DNA of 63,267 nucleotides, filler included, from Thraustochytrium aureum (taxonomy: Eukaryota): assembly GCA_012862495.1 (NCBI GenBank). It is 5 parts of 2 records of this genome, joined end to end, with 100 filler letters (N's around TTAATTAATTAA, not from the genome) between each part and the next. Parts side by side here need not be neighbours in the genome. Positions count along the whole stretch, not along the records: positions 59,410 to 61,739 come from BLSG01000061.1; positions 61,840 to 63,267 come from BLSG01000061.1; 3 more parts are not named here. One strand, 5' to 3'. The notes beneath the pieces were generated by a model, which did not search any database, was not told where the DNA came from, and saw only the letters and a list, made by a program, of their open reading frames with translations. Positions within the stretch are counted from its first letter, which is position 1; the number at the start of each line of letters is the position of its first letter. Shown piece after piece: positions 61,025 to 63,267 of the stretch. Position numbers and translations under genes: made by a program.

Positions 61025-61739
61025 AATGCAGCTCGCCCTACCGCCGTGGCCGCAGCTTCGTTCGCCTCGGGCGAGTGTGCGCTGGGCGAGAGGGGGCTTG
61101 ATGATGACGACCCAAGTGCGCGAGACGGGGCGGCTCTGCCCAACGCGTGCGCCGGCGGCAGGGGCATCGGCACGAGGTGGGGGACCGCGTTTGGCCCCGC
61201 GACCTTGGGGGCCTGCACGACGTGTGCGGGTTGATGAACCATGTGCGAGTAGGGTGAGACGAACGAGTACTGCAGAAAGTGCTGAGACGGCGGCAACGGC
61301 GGCTGCATGCTCGATGTTGCGTCGCCTTCCTTTTGCTCTTCGTGGCGCGGGGAGTACAGCCCGGGGCCCATGGCGAAGCCAGGCCCAGCCGTGTACAGCA
61401 TCGATGGGTCAACAAACCCTTGACCGGCAGCGTGCTGCGGCGAGTGCTGGGAGGGGGCCATGAGTAGTATGAAGCGTACGCGTAGTGAGCCTGCGCCGGG
61501 CCAGCTGGCTGGGCAAAGTAAGGGACCTGCGCCCAGCCCGCGGGCGGGGCCGCATAAACCATTTGCAAGCTGACCGCCCCAGATACGGGAGACATGGGGC
61601 CGGGTGCGCCAATACTTGCGCCTGGCATGATCGACATGTGGCCACTCGGGCCGCGCACGTGCATGTGAGCAGAGGTCTGCGGGGCTCCTGCGCTCTGGCT
61701 GCTGCTGCGCTGGGCGCTAAACTTGCCCCAATCCAGCCG
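60614..61739 (-). CDS. C-terminal part of a Pro/Gln/Ala/Ser-rich low-complexity protein with poly-Q; frameshifted, start missing
   Basis: Consecutive protein-like stretches in ORFs 61038-61664, 60832-61461 (poly-Q) and 60614-60889. Confidence 0.45.
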
Positions 61740-61839
61740 NNNNNNNNNNNNNNNNNNNNNNNNNNNNNNNNNNNNNNNNNNNNTTAATTAATTAANNNNN
61801 NNNNNNNNNNNNNNNNNNNNNNNNNNNNNNNNNNNNNNN
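61740..61839. other. Artificial contig spacer N44-TTAATTAATTAA-N44
   Basis: Linker at 61784-61795. Confidence 0.95.
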
Positions 61840-62138
61840 CTGTTCACGGCGAGCTTGCCCCAGCTTTGCCTTGCAAGCCCCGGCCTGCGCCGTCCGGTGG
61901 CCGCGCTCGCCGACAGCCAGCCAGCCAGCTAGCCAGCTCCACAAGCAAGAGCCAGCCAGCCAGCCAGCTCTACAGGGCCAGCAAGCGCGACGCCCCCCTC
62001 GCCCGCGCCCGCCGGGAGCCCCAAGCCAACCTTCGCGAGCGGGAGGGATCCCGCGACCGCCGCAATTAACGCAGTTTCTACTGCGGCGACAACCAACAGC
62101 TGTCGCGGCGACCGACAGCTGCCGCGCCGATCGATAGC

Positions 62139-62430
62139 CCCTCCTCCTCCTGCTGCTCCTGCTGCTCCTCCTGCTCCTGCTGCTCCTGCTGCTGCTCCTG
62201 CTGCTGCTATGGCGCGCAGCGCAGTGCGATCGGTGTCTGCCTGCTCTGCTCTTCAATTGCTCAATCAAAATTGAAAAATCACCAAAACAGAAATGAAAAA
62301 GAAAGAAAAGAAAGAAAAGAAAGAAAAGAATAATAAATTGGAATAAATTCCCAAACCCCAAACAGCCAGAGGAACAAAACCAGAATAAAAACGAAACGAA
62401 ACGAAAAACGAAAACGTAAAACGAAAAAGG
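62139..62430. repeat. (CTG/CTC)n, (GAAA)n and (ACGAA)n simple repeats
   Basis: Directly visible. Confidence 0.9.
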
Positions 62431-63267
62431 ATTGCCCGCCTCACAAAAGCGCCGGGAGGGCCGCACGACCTCCTCCAGCCAACTTGAGCAGAACTGTGAG
62501 GATACGCAGTGTTGTGAGGCAACCGGGGGAGAGGGGCTAAGACACGGCACCGAATACATTACGGCTTTAGGGGGATTGCGGTCACGTGCGGCTTAGGTTT
62601 GGGTTTTACCGTGAGGTAGCCGGACCAGTGGACTCCGTGTAGTTTTGGGATGATTGCCGTTTGTAGTTTCCCCGTGAAGAGGAACAAACGAGTGAGTTTT
62701 GGGTAGCTTTTGGGAATAGAATTTCGCTTTCAAGAATACCCGTGAGAGACGATACAATGCGCCACTTGTTTCTCTCCCTGTAAGGTAAACTCTTGATTTG
62801 AGGGCAATAAAAAATCGGCTCACGGATCGATCCTACGGGGGTAGTAAGGGAATTATCGCTTTTTCACGGATAATTATCCACGAATAAATCGGTTTAAAAT
62901 ATTGTTATAAGTGCCGAGATTGTTTTGCGACTGCGACCAACGGGGCTCTGAGGAGGCGGCATCGCTGGGTGCCGGGATCCCCTCATCACTGTCGCCCTCT
63001 CATCCGCGCTCTGCCTCTGTTCTGAATTCTGTTCTGCTGCCTCTGTTCTGAGGGGAGAGGGCGCTCTCCTCACAGTGCTCCACGAGAGGCACGCACCTCG
63101 GGGCTCGTGGCCAAGGGATGTCGTCACCTCGTATCTTTTGCACCACTTGCGTGGCGGCGCGGCTCGTGGATGACGTCACGTGGATCGCGTCGATCGCACA
63201 CGAGCAACGCAGCGGTTTAGGGGAACACAGGCGCACCCGTCCCGCAGGAGAGCGACCGTGTCCTAGT

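Overview
GC-rich eukaryotic nuclear DNA from a gapped draft assembly. Short GT-AG introns with CTGAC branch sites, Pro/Thr (PT) repeat secreted proteins and tetranucleotide microsatellites suggest a stramenopile protist, possibly labyrinthulomycete-like (inference only). The window has many N-gaps, four artificial N44-TTAATTAATTAA-N44 spacers, and frequent single-base frameshifts that look like sequencing errors. About 21 genes or gene fragments are supported: a large nucleotidyltransferase-ankyrin protein, a TTL-family ligase, a 4-exon membrane protein, COMMD2, an ARM-BTB protein, a histone-fold fragment, RPL36A/eL42, CCZ1, EXO70, a secreted PT-repeat protein, a PWWP-PHD-bromo-like reader, a trypsin with a Cys-rich insertion, an EcKinase/APH kinase, PET117 (missed by the ORF track), a PPR protein, a bacterial-type UDP-galactopyranose mutase fused to a DUF3431-like domain, a ZZ-bromodomain protein, a Cys-repeat secreted protein and a purple acid phosphatase. 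The best candidates for new biology are the Glf-DUF3431-like fusion and the NTase-ankyrin protein. All family calls come from motif recognition by eye; no searches were run.
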